From: Candidatus Shapirobacteria bacterium
GTDB taxonomy: Bacteria; Patescibacteriota; Microgenomatia; UBA12405
NCBI GenBank assembly: GCA_041663285.1
Contig: JBAZSP010000001.1
Coordinates: 7,454-71,453, forward strand
Length of the DNA: 64,000 nt
Direction of reading: 5' to 3'
In this document: one piece after another, positions 9,264 to 18,116 of the stretch
How the letters are laid out: each line of letters starts with the position of its first letter
Position numbering within the stretch: the first letter of the stretch is position 1
Position numbers and translations under genes: made by a program
Notes under the pieces: model-generated
Told to the model about the DNA's origin: nothing
The model's database searches: none
What the model saw: the letters and a program-made list of their open reading frames with translations, nothing else

Positions 9264-9992
9264 TCAGCCGGCAATCCAGGCTGTTGCCGCCACTGGCCCT
9301 CCGGTTGCCCCCTCGATTTTTATTAAGTTTGTTTGCAGGTAAAAATCGTTTCTTTTATCAGCCGGAATATCGCCCAAATGAACCAGCGACTCCACGATCA
9401 TTTTATTCTTTAAAATTTGGTGAGCGGTATGCGTTCCAGGTGGATCAACAGTAATCGAATCTATCCCAACTACCCGGATATTATCGAAACTATTAATATA
9501 GTCAGCTGCTTCTTTTTCCAAATAAGGTAGATTCTCCGGTACATGAGGCCGGTTAATCTCGATCAACTTGTCGTATCCCGTTCTGATTATTACCGCTTTC
9601 AATCTCTGCAGCATCAGCTCATATATTTGTAAGTGCTTTTTAGTGACTCTGGCCAAATATGAAATTCCTCCAAACATTTTGGCCTCTTCGGCATCACTTA
9701 AGTCAATCATCCCCGCCTGGTTGAAAACATAATCCTTTCCCCAGCTCTCAACCCCTCGGCCGCTCATTTCCGGATTCTGATGGTTAGGTCCATCCGCATG
9801 TGGCTGAAAATTATGGTCGCCGGTTTGGTGAATATAGTGCTCCCATCCGGTCTTTTTAATTTCACTAAACACCGTCCGTTGAGGTTTCGGGTCTCCCGGA
9901 TAAACTTCCACATTAAGCTTTAAAGGCTGACTAAGATCGATCAGAACAAAATCCCTACCGGCCATACTTACCAAAGAAGTACTAGTTGGCAT
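9264..9992 (-). CDS. Cyclase/kynurenine formamidase-family metallohydrolase
   Basis: IDLSQPL, YPGDP, H..PHADGPNH, IIRTG, VGIDS, IVESL, GATGGP. Confidence 0.85.
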   Translation of the reverse strand: MPTSTSLVSMAGRDFVLIDLSQPLKLNVEVYPGDPKPQRTVFSEIKKTGWEHYIHQTGDHNFQPHADGPNHQNPEMSGRGVESWGKDYVFNQAGMIDLSDAEEAKMFGGISYLARVTKKHLQIYELMLQRLKAVIIRTGYDKLIEINRPHVPENLPYLEKEAADYINSFDNIRVVGIDSITVDPPGTHTAHQILKNKMIVESLVHLGDIPADKRNDFYLQTNLIKIEGATGGPVAATAWIAG

Positions 9993-10067
9993 ATCGTGCT
10001 TTTAATCTATAATCTTTATTTTAGACTAAATAGTTATTACAATCTATTGTAAGAATTATTACCAACT

Positions 10068-11291
10068 ATGTCAAAATTACACCCTATCTCTTCAGCCCCG
10101 GTTATAAAAGCAATTCCTCAAAGGAAAAGTATCCGGTCTGCCAAAGTTACCGGCTCCAAAACCATTGCCGTTTTTGGCAGCTCCAGTAGTCTGGTTAGCC
10201 GTTTGCTTTCCCCGGCTTTTAAAGAAATTAGTCATCTCTATCCCGATGTTAACTTTTTACCGCTATCCCGGGATTCCGGCTCCAAAACGATTAATTCTTT
10301 TCCTCTTCCCACTATTTCCACCAAATGGGTCAATACCTCTGATTTCTTAAAACATCCTTCTGATTACCCTATTGACGGTGTAATTTTAGCCACTCCTACG
10401 TCAACCCATTATGAATTAGCCAGATTATTTCTTAACCGTCGCCTTCCGGTTTGGATTGAAAAGCCCATCAGTCTTCCTTGGCAAATTGACAGCATGGTTG
10501 AACTATTTTCTCAATCTCCCGATTTGTTTTTTGCGGCTGATTTTTTTATGGACAGTCCCGTTTTTCTTTATTTTCTTAAACGGTTTGATTATTTTATGGC
10601 TCAAATTGGTTCACCTCAGAAGATTGAGGGTCGTCTGGTCGAAAATTGGCCTTTAGAGCCCGGCAGGGAATGGTTGCTCGATAAAAGCATTAATGGTGGA
10701 GGCCTGGGTATGGATGTTTTAGTCCACGTATTGGCTTTAGTCTATCAGGTAATTGCCCGTTTAAACCTGCCCACGGAGTTGTGCATCGAAAAATCCGAAA
10801 AATATAAATATTTCGAACCGGGTGACAAGCTGCCTCCGGGAACTGAAGAGACCTATATGTGGATCAAGGCCACTGCCGGCGGTCTGCCCATCATTATTGA
10901 TGGTGGCAAGGGCACTGCCGATCATTACTACGGCATAAAAATCCACGGATCAAAAGGTTCGGTAGAAATATTTACCGGTACTGATGGCCGGGATACCTGT
11001 ATGCCCTATATATGCCTTGACACTGGCAAAGCTCCTAAAAAATTCTGGTCCTTTCCCGGTGGAGGTGTTGGTTACAGTGGTTTGTTTAAGGAATTTTTGG
11101 ATCTGGTTTACCATCAGCCTTCGGTTGACGCTCCGTATGCTCTCCCAGCTCGGGCCCAAACTTCCTTATTTACAGTAAAAACCCTAAGCCAAGCTTACCA
11201 GCTGGCTTCACCTACCTCACTTCTTTGCCCGCTTGGTGCCACTCCTCAAGTCCCCGAGCCAATCTTCCTTTCACCGTCATTACCCAACTAG
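10068..11291 (+). CDS. Gfo/Idh/MocA-family oxidoreductase
   Basis: LATPTSTH, IEKP, GGGLGMDVLVH. Confidence 0.85.
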   Translation: MSKLHPISSAPVIKAIPQRKSIRSAKVTGSKTIAVFGSSSSLVSRLLSPAFKEISHLYPDVNFLPLSRDSGSKTINSFPLPTISTKWVNTSDFLKHPSDYPIDGVILATPTSTHYELARLFLNRRLPVWIEKPISLPWQIDSMVELFSQSPDLFFAADFFMDSPVFLYFLKRFDYFMAQIGSPQKIEGRLVENWPLEPGREWLLDKSINGGGLGMDVLVHVLALVYQVIARLNLPTELCIEKSEKYKYFEPGDKLPPGTEETYMWIKATAGGLPIIIDGGKGTADHYYGIKIHGSKGSVEIFTGTDGRDTCMPYICLDTGKAPKKFWSFPGGGVGYSGLFKEFLDLVYHQPSVDAPYALPARAQTSLFTVKTLSQAYQLASPTSLLCPLGATPQVPEPIFLSPSLPN

Positions 11292-14200
11292 GCGGATTGA
11301 ACTTTTTTTCTGGTCAGTAGTTTTACTAAGTAAATTACTGACACCATCCCCAGTGCCCCGCTGCTTACAAAAATTATCAGTGCCACCGGTTGAAAATTAG
11401 AGCCGGAATTATTTCCTCCACTTCTGCCGGCATCCATTTCCGTCGAAAACTCTTTAAGCCCAATGTTTGGCATTCCCGACGTATTCATCCCGCCATCAAG
11501 CGACCTAAAAATTTCAAACTGCGGCCTGATCACATCAATATCTTCCATTGGTGGGGATATGGTGGTTTCGTCAACATCATATCTATTGTCCAAAAGGGAA
11601 TTGTTTTTTAAGTTCTCTAATTGGTTTTCATTCACCAACGCAATCAGCGAAGAGTAGGGGAATATTACCTGATTCTTTTCAGCGTAGGCATGGTATGTGT
11701 CAATAATTTCCGGCTCGTTAAAATCAACCGTCCGGTTCCAAATATAAGTCAATGACGACATTAGCTCTGCCCTGGCCGCCATACTTCCCAAAAAATTATC
11801 CTCTTTTGCCCCCCAGTTTCCCATTGTTTCGCCTATCCCGATTGACTCTGGTCGGTATAGATGCCAAAAATCGCCGATAATTAGATCCTGTTCATTTGCC
11901 CCATCAGAACGGTTGATTACGTTGTCAATAATCCTATTGTTAATAGCATCTTCAATGCTATCGACGACCCCACCACCATTTTCCGCCAACCATTTAGTAA
12001 CATTTTGATTATAGGATGGGATATTATCTGGATGCCAGACATATGTTCTGTCTACTGCATACCCGGATCCCTCGGTTTTTGTATTTATTGTTTTGTCGCT
12101 GGCGATTACAATTCCAACGTCAAATCTTTCAAGATTCTTGGATCCACGGACAGACTTTATCATGTCTCCTTTCCCAAAATATATTAAACTGTCTAAAACT
12201 TGATCAATGTTGCCGCTGTCCACAACCGTTTCTTCGCTCAACCTGTCGTTAAATTTGACCAATTTTATCGAATTACCATTTATGGTTAATTCAGGATGCT
12301 TTTTTACAAACTTTTTTATCTGCTGTATTTTTGGATTGTTCTTATTGTCCATGGACACATCATAAAAAAATACGATATTCGGCCAACCCCATGCCTCGGT
12401 TTCTGCCATCAGCAGTTTTGGTTCAGTTTCGGAGTTACATAGAAATTCTTGGTCAATCTTATAATCTGTTCCATATGGTATTAATTCAGCCTTTTTCCCG
12501 CTTTCGTCAGCCAGCGTAATTTTTTTATTCAGGTTACATAATTTTTCTCCCAAACCAGCTACTTCAACGTATTGATCGCTCCATTTTAAGGTACTCTTAC
12601 CATTCTCCGTTGACAGGCTAATTTTTACTTTACTAACATCCAGGTTTGTCAGTTTCGAGTATACGGGCAAGGCATAACCCGCCGCCCGCCCGGAAACTAC
12701 ATAACTAAATTTTACTTTCTGGTGCTTTCCACCGAGAGTGACAACATCGGTTGATGCCGGAACTGGGAATACCCTTAATCGGTATTGTCTCGGCCCCACC
12801 TGTTCCAGAAGCGCCGGGTCACGACTTTTATCAACCTCTCTCTGATAGGTTTTGGTCGCCGCCCCGCTTGGAGCGATTATCCCCTCAAACTCCAAATTTG
12901 GCCCTAACTTTAATTCATTTATGGCCGCTTCGTTAGGTAGTGAAAATTCATAAATCACTTCTTCTGATCTCGATGAATTGCTGGTAAATTCATCGGTAAT
13001 TTCAACTTTGGCAACTACTCCGTCGTGTTCAGTAGTCAGGTTTATTAACCGGTTATCTAAATTAATCCGGCTTGGGATTCTGGCTATCGTCTGTTTCTTT
13101 AGAATATCTTGTGATATCTTAGCGTCATCGGTGCTGCTACTATAGTAATGGCTCCCGAATATGCTGTAATAATTTACTGTTAAGTCGTTAATGCTACTTC
13201 TGCTTTGACGCAAAACAAAAGGGTAGGCTGCCATCTTAAACCAGGATTGAATACGCTCACTCGCCCTCTCGCTTGTCCCTACATTCTTATAAGCTTGGGC
13301 TAAAAAATTATCGTCATTTGTCAGCGGGTAACTTTCCAGCAAATCAAGATATTCATCAATGGATTTTTTAACCAATTCCTGATTTTTACCCAGCTCTCTG
13401 GCGACTATCTCCTTTTCTTCAAATGTGTATGCTCTCCCAAAACTTTCTAACTTCCTTATTACATACCCTTGCCTTGGTTGGTACGAAAGGAATTCCATTA
13501 TCGTAATCGCCGTTACTGTCGTGACAATCAAAAAAGCATCCATTCTTACCCGCCCCCATTTAGCAATCGCCTGATGCACCAATCGATACCAATTTTTAGC
13601 CAAAATCGCCGTTACTATATAAGGTGTTGAAATTATCACTGCTCCAATAAGAGTTGGCACCAATCTAGTCAATAAAATTGCTAGGGTACTGCCTATACTC
13701 ACTTCACCGTAATATCGTCCACTAATAAGTTCCAGTAAATATTTAATCCAGCCCATTCCGATAGCCGGAACAAAAAAAGACCAAAGTAGTGTCATGTACC
13801 CTGTAATAAATAGGAACATCTCATTAATTAGCAATTTTCCGGCTAAAAGCTTCTCGTCCGAACTATTTTCTGTTTCCAGATACAATACAAACGGTAGCGC
13901 CATTACTGCCAAAGCCGGAGGCCACATGGCTGGTATAGTCCTTACCGCCATCTCGGATATTGTTAGGGATATCAGCACCGTCGGTATCTCAAATATAAAA
14001 AACAATTTTCCCAATTCTGTATTTTTTCTTTTCACCGCCCAAAATACCGCCAAAATAGGAGCTAAAAACATCACCCCCAGTGCAAGCTGTCTTACCGTGT
14101 CAATTTCTTTTAGCTCACCCAACAATCCCGTCGCCGAATCGGGTATGTCGCCCAATGTTAATAAAAATAATATTAAAAGTATCCCAAAAAATAGGTTATA

Positions 14201-14545
14201 ACCCCAAAAAATAAATTTCATAATCAATTCTCCGCTAAGCTTCGGTCTAGCAGTATTTTTATTAACCGCTTCACTTACTTCCATATTGTCCAGGAGTATT
14301 TCAACGGCTATTTGTTGGATCCTCTCCTCAAATCCTTTTGGGGTCACGTCCTTTTTGCCGGCCATCAGCCTGATTATCCCGCTGGCGCTATCAATACTGA
14401 CTAGGGCGGTTTTTTCCGACTTGGGGTAATTTCGAAAATAATCAACCAATATTTGGGCCGAGATCGTTTTTGCCAGCCTTGGCCACCCGGTATCGCTTTT
14501 TGTCGCCAACTCTATCAGCTTAACCAGTTCTTCTCTTTTATTCAT
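11288..14545 (-). CDS. Large multi-TM protein with VIT domain (PEP-CTERM-system integral membrane protein-like)
   Basis: About 8 N-terminal TM helices, VIT-like EVIYEFSLP...DPALLEQVGPRQYRLRVFP, vWA-like FFYDVS, C-terminal TM with basic tail. Confidence 0.7.
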   Translation of the reverse strand: MNKREELVKLIELATKSDTGWPRLAKTISAQILVDYFRNYPKSEKTALVSIDSASGIIRLMAGKKDVTPKGFEERIQQIAVEILLDNMEVSEAVNKNTARPKLSGELIMKFIFWGYNLFFGILLILFLLTLGDIPDSATGLLGELKEIDTVRQLALGVMFLAPILAVFWAVKRKNTELGKLFFIFEIPTVLISLTISEMAVRTIPAMWPPALAVMALPFVLYLETENSSDEKLLAGKLLINEMFLFITGYMTLLWSFFVPAIGMGWIKYLLELISGRYYGEVSIGSTLAILLTRLVPTLIGAVIISTPYIVTAILAKNWYRLVHQAIAKWGRVRMDAFLIVTTVTAITIMEFLSYQPRQGYVIRKLESFGRAYTFEEKEIVARELGKNQELVKKSIDEYLDLLESYPLTNDDNFLAQAYKNVGTSERASERIQSWFKMAAYPFVLRQSRSSINDLTVNYYSIFGSHYYSSSTDDAKISQDILKKQTIARIPSRINLDNRLINLTTEHDGVVAKVEITDEFTSNSSRSEEVIYEFSLPNEAAINELKLGPNLEFEGIIAPSGAATKTYQREVDKSRDPALLEQVGPRQYRLRVFPVPASTDVVTLGGKHQKVKFSYVVSGRAAGYALPVYSKLTNLDVSKVKISLSTENGKSTLKWSDQYVEVAGLGEKLCNLNKKITLADESGKKAELIPYGTDYKIDQEFLCNSETEPKLLMAETEAWGWPNIVFFYDVSMDNKNNPKIQQIKKFVKKHPELTINGNSIKLVKFNDRLSEETVVDSGNIDQVLDSLIYFGKGDMIKSVRGSKNLERFDVGIVIASDKTINTKTEGSGYAVDRTYVWHPDNIPSYNQNVTKWLAENGGGVVDSIEDAINNRIIDNVINRSDGANEQDLIIGDFWHLYRPESIGIGETMGNWGAKEDNFLGSMAARAELMSSLTYIWNRTVDFNEPEIIDTYHAYAEKNQVIFPYSSLIALVNENQLENLKNNSLLDNRYDVDETTISPPMEDIDVIRPQFEIFRSLDGGMNTSGMPNIGLKEFSTEMDAGRSGGNNSGSNFQPVALIIFVSSGALGMVSVIYLVKLLTRKKVQSA

Positions 14546-14662
14546 AGCTCATTTTACCCGTCAAACATCAGTTAATCAACATTCCTTGAAAGGATATTAA
14601 TTTGTTATATTTACAATAAAGATAATCGGCGTCAATTATTAGTTCGCCCATACTTAAATAAT

Positions 14663-15541
14663 ATGATTTGTCCCAAATGCGGCAAGGATCTCTTGGATAA
14701 AGCGAAATTTTGTAAATATTGCGGCCACTCTCTGATGGCTGGAACTCCACCTGTGCCGCCTCAAGGTCCTTCGCCCCAACAGCCATTAGCCTCAATCTCT
14801 TCAGAGATTACCAATACTTCCGGCCAGGGCGAAACAGCCATTGTCCCTCCGGAATTAAGCGGTTGGAATTGGGCTGCTCTGCTGTGGACTTGGATATGGG
14901 CCATCAGTCACCGGGTCTGGATCGGCCTGATTTGTATTATTCCAATTCCAATTGTCAGTCTGGTTATGCAAGTAATTCTTGGAATAAACGGCAATAAATG
15001 GGCTTGGCAAAACAAAAAATGGCAGAGTGTCGACGATTTTAAAAAATCCCAGCGTAAATGGGTAAAAGCTTATTTTATTCTGCTCCTCCTGCTTCTTGCC
15101 TTTAGTCTAGGTATAACCTTTTTGCTTGTCGCTATTAACCCCGGGGGCAAACTAAACGAATCCAAAGATGCTAAAACAATAAACGACATCACTACCATTA
15201 AGGCGGTTGTCAACCAGAGTTATATTTCTCAAACTGCCTATCCCTGGGAGCAATCCGGTTCCGGCGGCGAAACTTATTTTACCGCTGATTTGGCCAAGGA
15301 AAGCTGGCTAAACGGCCTGATTGCCACTGGTGATCTTTCCTCCTCTACTGCAGCTGGCTTTTTGGAGGACCCGCCCCTGGCCTTGGTAAGTCGCTTTGGA
15401 CAGCCGGATTTTGTCATCTGTTTTCAGCCACAGTCAAAAACCTATCAGCTCCGGGCATCCGACAGCTGCCAAAACTTTGTCAGCGCCACCAGACCTTATT
15501 TGGATCCCTGTCAGGCCGGCAAAAGTTATTACTGTTACTAA
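14663..15541 (+). CDS. Zinc-ribbon membrane protein with pilin-like C-terminal domain
   Basis: CPKCG..AKFCKYCG, WNWAA TM hairpin, then hydrophobic helix followed by AINP...KDAKTINDI. Confidence 0.7.
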   Translation: MICPKCGKDLLDKAKFCKYCGHSLMAGTPPVPPQGPSPQQPLASISSEITNTSGQGETAIVPPELSGWNWAALLWTWIWAISHRVWIGLICIIPIPIVSLVMQVILGINGNKWAWQNKKWQSVDDFKKSQRKWVKAYFILLLLLLAFSLGITFLLVAINPGGKLNESKDAKTINDITTIKAVVNQSYISQTAYPWEQSGSGGETYFTADLAKESWLNGLIATGDLSSSTAAGFLEDPPLALVSRFGQPDFVICFQPQSKTYQLRASDSCQNFVSATRPYLDPCQAGKSYYCY

Positions 15542-15544
15542 GGG

Positions 15545-17050
15545 ATGCCCTTGGTCTATTTTTTACTCTCCCTATCTCCCTTTCTGTTGTTTTTGCTACT
15601 GCTTCTTGGTTACCGTAGCCCTTTAACCCGGGCTTCATTGACTACCCTACTTTACTCAACTGTTTTAAAGCTGGTTGTCTGGCAAATATATCCTTCGACT
15701 TTCTTCACTGCCCTCCAAAAAGGATTTTTTGTCGCTTTGGACATCCTGATCATCATTGCCGGGGCTATCTTTTTTATGAAAGTATTGGATTATTTTCAGG
15801 TGCTTCAGCGGATTGGATTACATCTTGAATCAATTTCTGCCGATTACCGGGTTCAGGTTATTCTTCTGGCCTGGTTTTTTCAGGCATTTCTCGAAGGCAC
15901 TGCCGGCTTTGGTACTCCCGCCGCGGTGGTTGGTCCCCTTTTAGTAGGCCTTGGCCTTTCTCCCCTAAACGCCGCTGTTATCGCTCTATTGGGCAATAGC
16001 ACTGCCGGAGTTTTTGGTGCCGCCGGCACTCCCATCCGGATTGGCTTCGCCGGTCTGGACATTTTTTTAGTCGATAAATACGCCGCTTTTTTAAACTATA
16101 TCGGGTTGATAGTTCCCATTTTTATACTATGGAAGCTGGTATCGCCTTATCCGAACCGTCAGCAGCAGTTTAAAGAAGCCCTGCCTTTTGCCTTTTGGTC
16201 GGGGTTGGTGTTTGTGGTTTCTTCCTTTATTACCGTTTTCTTGGGCCAGGAATTCCCCTCAATCATTGGATCTCTTTTGGCCTTGCTGATAATTATTGTA
16301 TCCATCAGGCTTAAAATTTTTACTCCACCCGTAATTCGCCTGTCTTCCCGAAAGCATCTTACCCGCTCTTCCGGCTCCGTTATGGCCGACATTTTTCCCT
16401 ACCTTGGCCTGATAACTCTGTTGCTTTTAGGTAAGTTGCTATTGCGGGATTCTGGCCTGACCTTGGCTTGGGGAGTTTTTAATCACCGTTTCTCCTTTTT
16501 TAACCCCGGCTTTGCCTTTCTGTTGGCTGGTCTGGTTTATGCTGTTATTTATCTCAAAAATTCCGCCCAAATTCTTAAACTATTTACCGCCTCCGTCCGC
16601 CAGTCCCTCTCACCCTTTTTAGTCATCGCTTCCATGTCGGTGGTTACCCAGCTCATGATTAATTCAGCCCAAAATTATTCCGGTCTCATGTCGTCTTTAA
16701 GCTATATCTCTTCCGGCCTAACCTCACCCCTTTTGCCGATTGTGGCGCCTTTTATAGGAGCCTTCGGTAGTTTTATTACCGGCAGTGTCACCCTTTCTAA
16801 TCTAATGTTTGGTAGCCTGATTCATCAATCGTCTTTAGCCCAAAACATCAGTCCGCCTCTAGTCTTGTCTCTTCAGATTATTGGCGCCGCCGCCGGCAAC
16901 ATGATTGCCCTGGCCGACATTCTCACTGCCGAAACCATCCTGGGCCTAAAAAATCAGGAACGCCATATCCTCAAAGCCGTCATTTTCCCCTGTTTTGTCT
17001 ATCTTGCAATTACCGCCTTGGTCGGTTTTCTTTTAGTTACACTACTCTAA
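15545..17050 (+). CDS. L-lactate permease (LctP family)
   Basis: Polytopic membrane protein with FLEGTAGFGTP, FGAAGTP, GSFITGS..SN, GAAAGNMI. Confidence 0.9.
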   Translation: MPLVYFLLSLSPFLLFLLLLLGYRSPLTRASLTTLLYSTVLKLVVWQIYPSTFFTALQKGFFVALDILIIIAGAIFFMKVLDYFQVLQRIGLHLESISADYRVQVILLAWFFQAFLEGTAGFGTPAAVVGPLLVGLGLSPLNAAVIALLGNSTAGVFGAAGTPIRIGFAGLDIFLVDKYAAFLNYIGLIVPIFILWKLVSPYPNRQQQFKEALPFAFWSGLVFVVSSFITVFLGQEFPSIIGSLLALLIIIVSIRLKIFTPPVIRLSSRKHLTRSSGSVMADIFPYLGLITLLLLGKLLLRDSGLTLAWGVFNHRFSFFNPGFAFLLAGLVYAVIYLKNSAQILKLFTASVRQSLSPFLVIASMSVVTQLMINSAQNYSGLMSSLSYISSGLTSPLLPIVAPFIGAFGSFITGSVTLSNLMFGSLIHQSSLAQNISPPLVLSLQIIGAAAGNMIALADILTAETILGLKNQERHILKAVIFPCFVYLAITALVGFLLVTLL

Positions 17051-17066
17051 ATATCGCCACATAGCC

Positions 17067-17942
17067 CTATCTTTGCTTGTCTACCATTTGCGCCAATGAT
17101 TGGTAGCCCAACAATCGGTTGATTTTATTTTTGGCCAATTCACCATTACGCTTCTGAAACTCCATCGCCCGGATTATTCTTCTTAACTTCCTGTCCAAGT
17201 TTACTTTCTTATTAACCACCAGCCCGGTTACGGTTTGTTTTTGATGTTGCCGTTGAATTCGAACTTTTTTCTTTTTTTGGATTTCAAAGCCTTCATCTTT
17301 TATAATCGCCGCGATTTTTTTTAATACCACCCTTTGCTTACGGCCGAAGACCTTAAAAGAAAAAGTCAGGTCGTCAGCATACCGGCTATAACTCCCTTCG
17401 TATTTTAAGGCCAATCTGGTCATTCTCTGGTCCATTTTGTAGTTAACCAAGTTACTCAACGCCGGGCTAGTTGGGGCTCCCTGCGGTAGTCGGGCATTGC
17501 TGGTGCAGATGTTAGTCAAGATTCTAGCCACCGTTTTTCCCCAGCCAATTTTCCTAAAATATTTTTTGATTTTGGTTTGATTTATGCTCGGAAAAAAGTC
17601 TTTCAAGTCCAGATTTATGACTACCGCCTTGCCGGTATGGTTTTTGGCATTGTCGACAATCGATTTCCGGTACCGAAATCCTAAACAGGCAGGATGGGGT
17701 TGCAAGTATCGTAAGAATTTTTGGTGTACCCCTCTCTGCAGTTTTTTCAGTTCACTGTCGGGAGCTTCGATTTGTCTATAACCCCGCTTGTTTCTTTTGG
17801 GTATTTCAAAGGTGGTGTATCCATACCTTTCTGGTTTGCCAAGTTCCCATTCTTTCAGGCTTTCAGTTGCCAAGCCCAACTGCTTGGCCAATTCTTCTGT
17901 CGTTTTACCCCCCTCGAAAAGTTTTGCGATCCAGTTGGTCAT
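17067..17942 (-). CDS. Retron-type reverse transcriptase
   Basis: IPKR..R.IEAP, region X NAKNH, DLKDFFPSI, LPQGAPTSPALSN, YSRYADDLTFS, region Y QTVTGLVVN. Confidence 0.96.
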   Translation of the reverse strand: MTNWIAKLFEGGKTTEELAKQLGLATESLKEWELGKPERYGYTTFEIPKRNKRGYRQIEAPDSELKKLQRGVHQKFLRYLQPHPACLGFRYRKSIVDNAKNHTGKAVVINLDLKDFFPSINQTKIKKYFRKIGWGKTVARILTNICTSNARLPQGAPTSPALSNLVNYKMDQRMTRLALKYEGSYSRYADDLTFSFKVFGRKQRVVLKKIAAIIKDEGFEIQKKKKVRIQRQHQKQTVTGLVVNKKVNLDRKLRRIIRAMEFQKRNGELAKNKINRLLGYQSLAQMVDKQR

Positions 17943-17950
17943 AAAAATGT

Positions 17951-18089
17951 TTTCAGGCGCTTTGCCTAATCCTTGAAATAAATCGCAGATTTATTTCAAG
18001 GATTAACCTAATTCAAGCACAGCACGTCAGTGCCCGGCCAACGATAACATCGGCCTATACCAGTGAAGGTATCACCAAAGCGCCTGAAA
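17951..18089 (-). ncRNA. Retron msr-msd RNA
   Basis: Perfect 14-bp inverted arms TTTCAGGCGCTTTG (17951-17964) / CAAAGCGCCTGAAA (18076-18089); three msr hairpins (18057-18072, 18036-18055, 18022-18033); perfect 18-bp msd hairpin 17967-18005; 8 nt upstream of the RT ATG. Confidence 0.92.
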
Positions 18090-18104
18090 TTTAAATAGCT
18101 TCTG

Positions 18105-18110
18105 ATTATA
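18105..18110 (-). promoter_or_regulatory. -10 box for the retron transcript
   Basis: Perfect TATAAT 15 nt upstream of the 5' arm; no convincing -35. Confidence 0.5.
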
Positions 18111-18116
18111 CAACTC

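Noticed and set aside
15545-17050. Lactate permease as the retron effector
   Set aside because: It is on the opposite strand, convergent with the RT, and an ordinary transporter family.
17067-17942. RT as a diversity-generating retroelement, group II intron or CRISPR-associated RT
   Set aside because: NAxxH and VTG motifs plus a clear msr-msd indicate a retron; no TR/VR repeat pair, Avd, maturase/endonuclease domain or cas1 was seen.
17967-18005. Long hairpin as an intrinsic terminator
   Set aside because: No U-tract follows it on the RT strand, and it is nested inside the a1/a2 arms where msd belongs.
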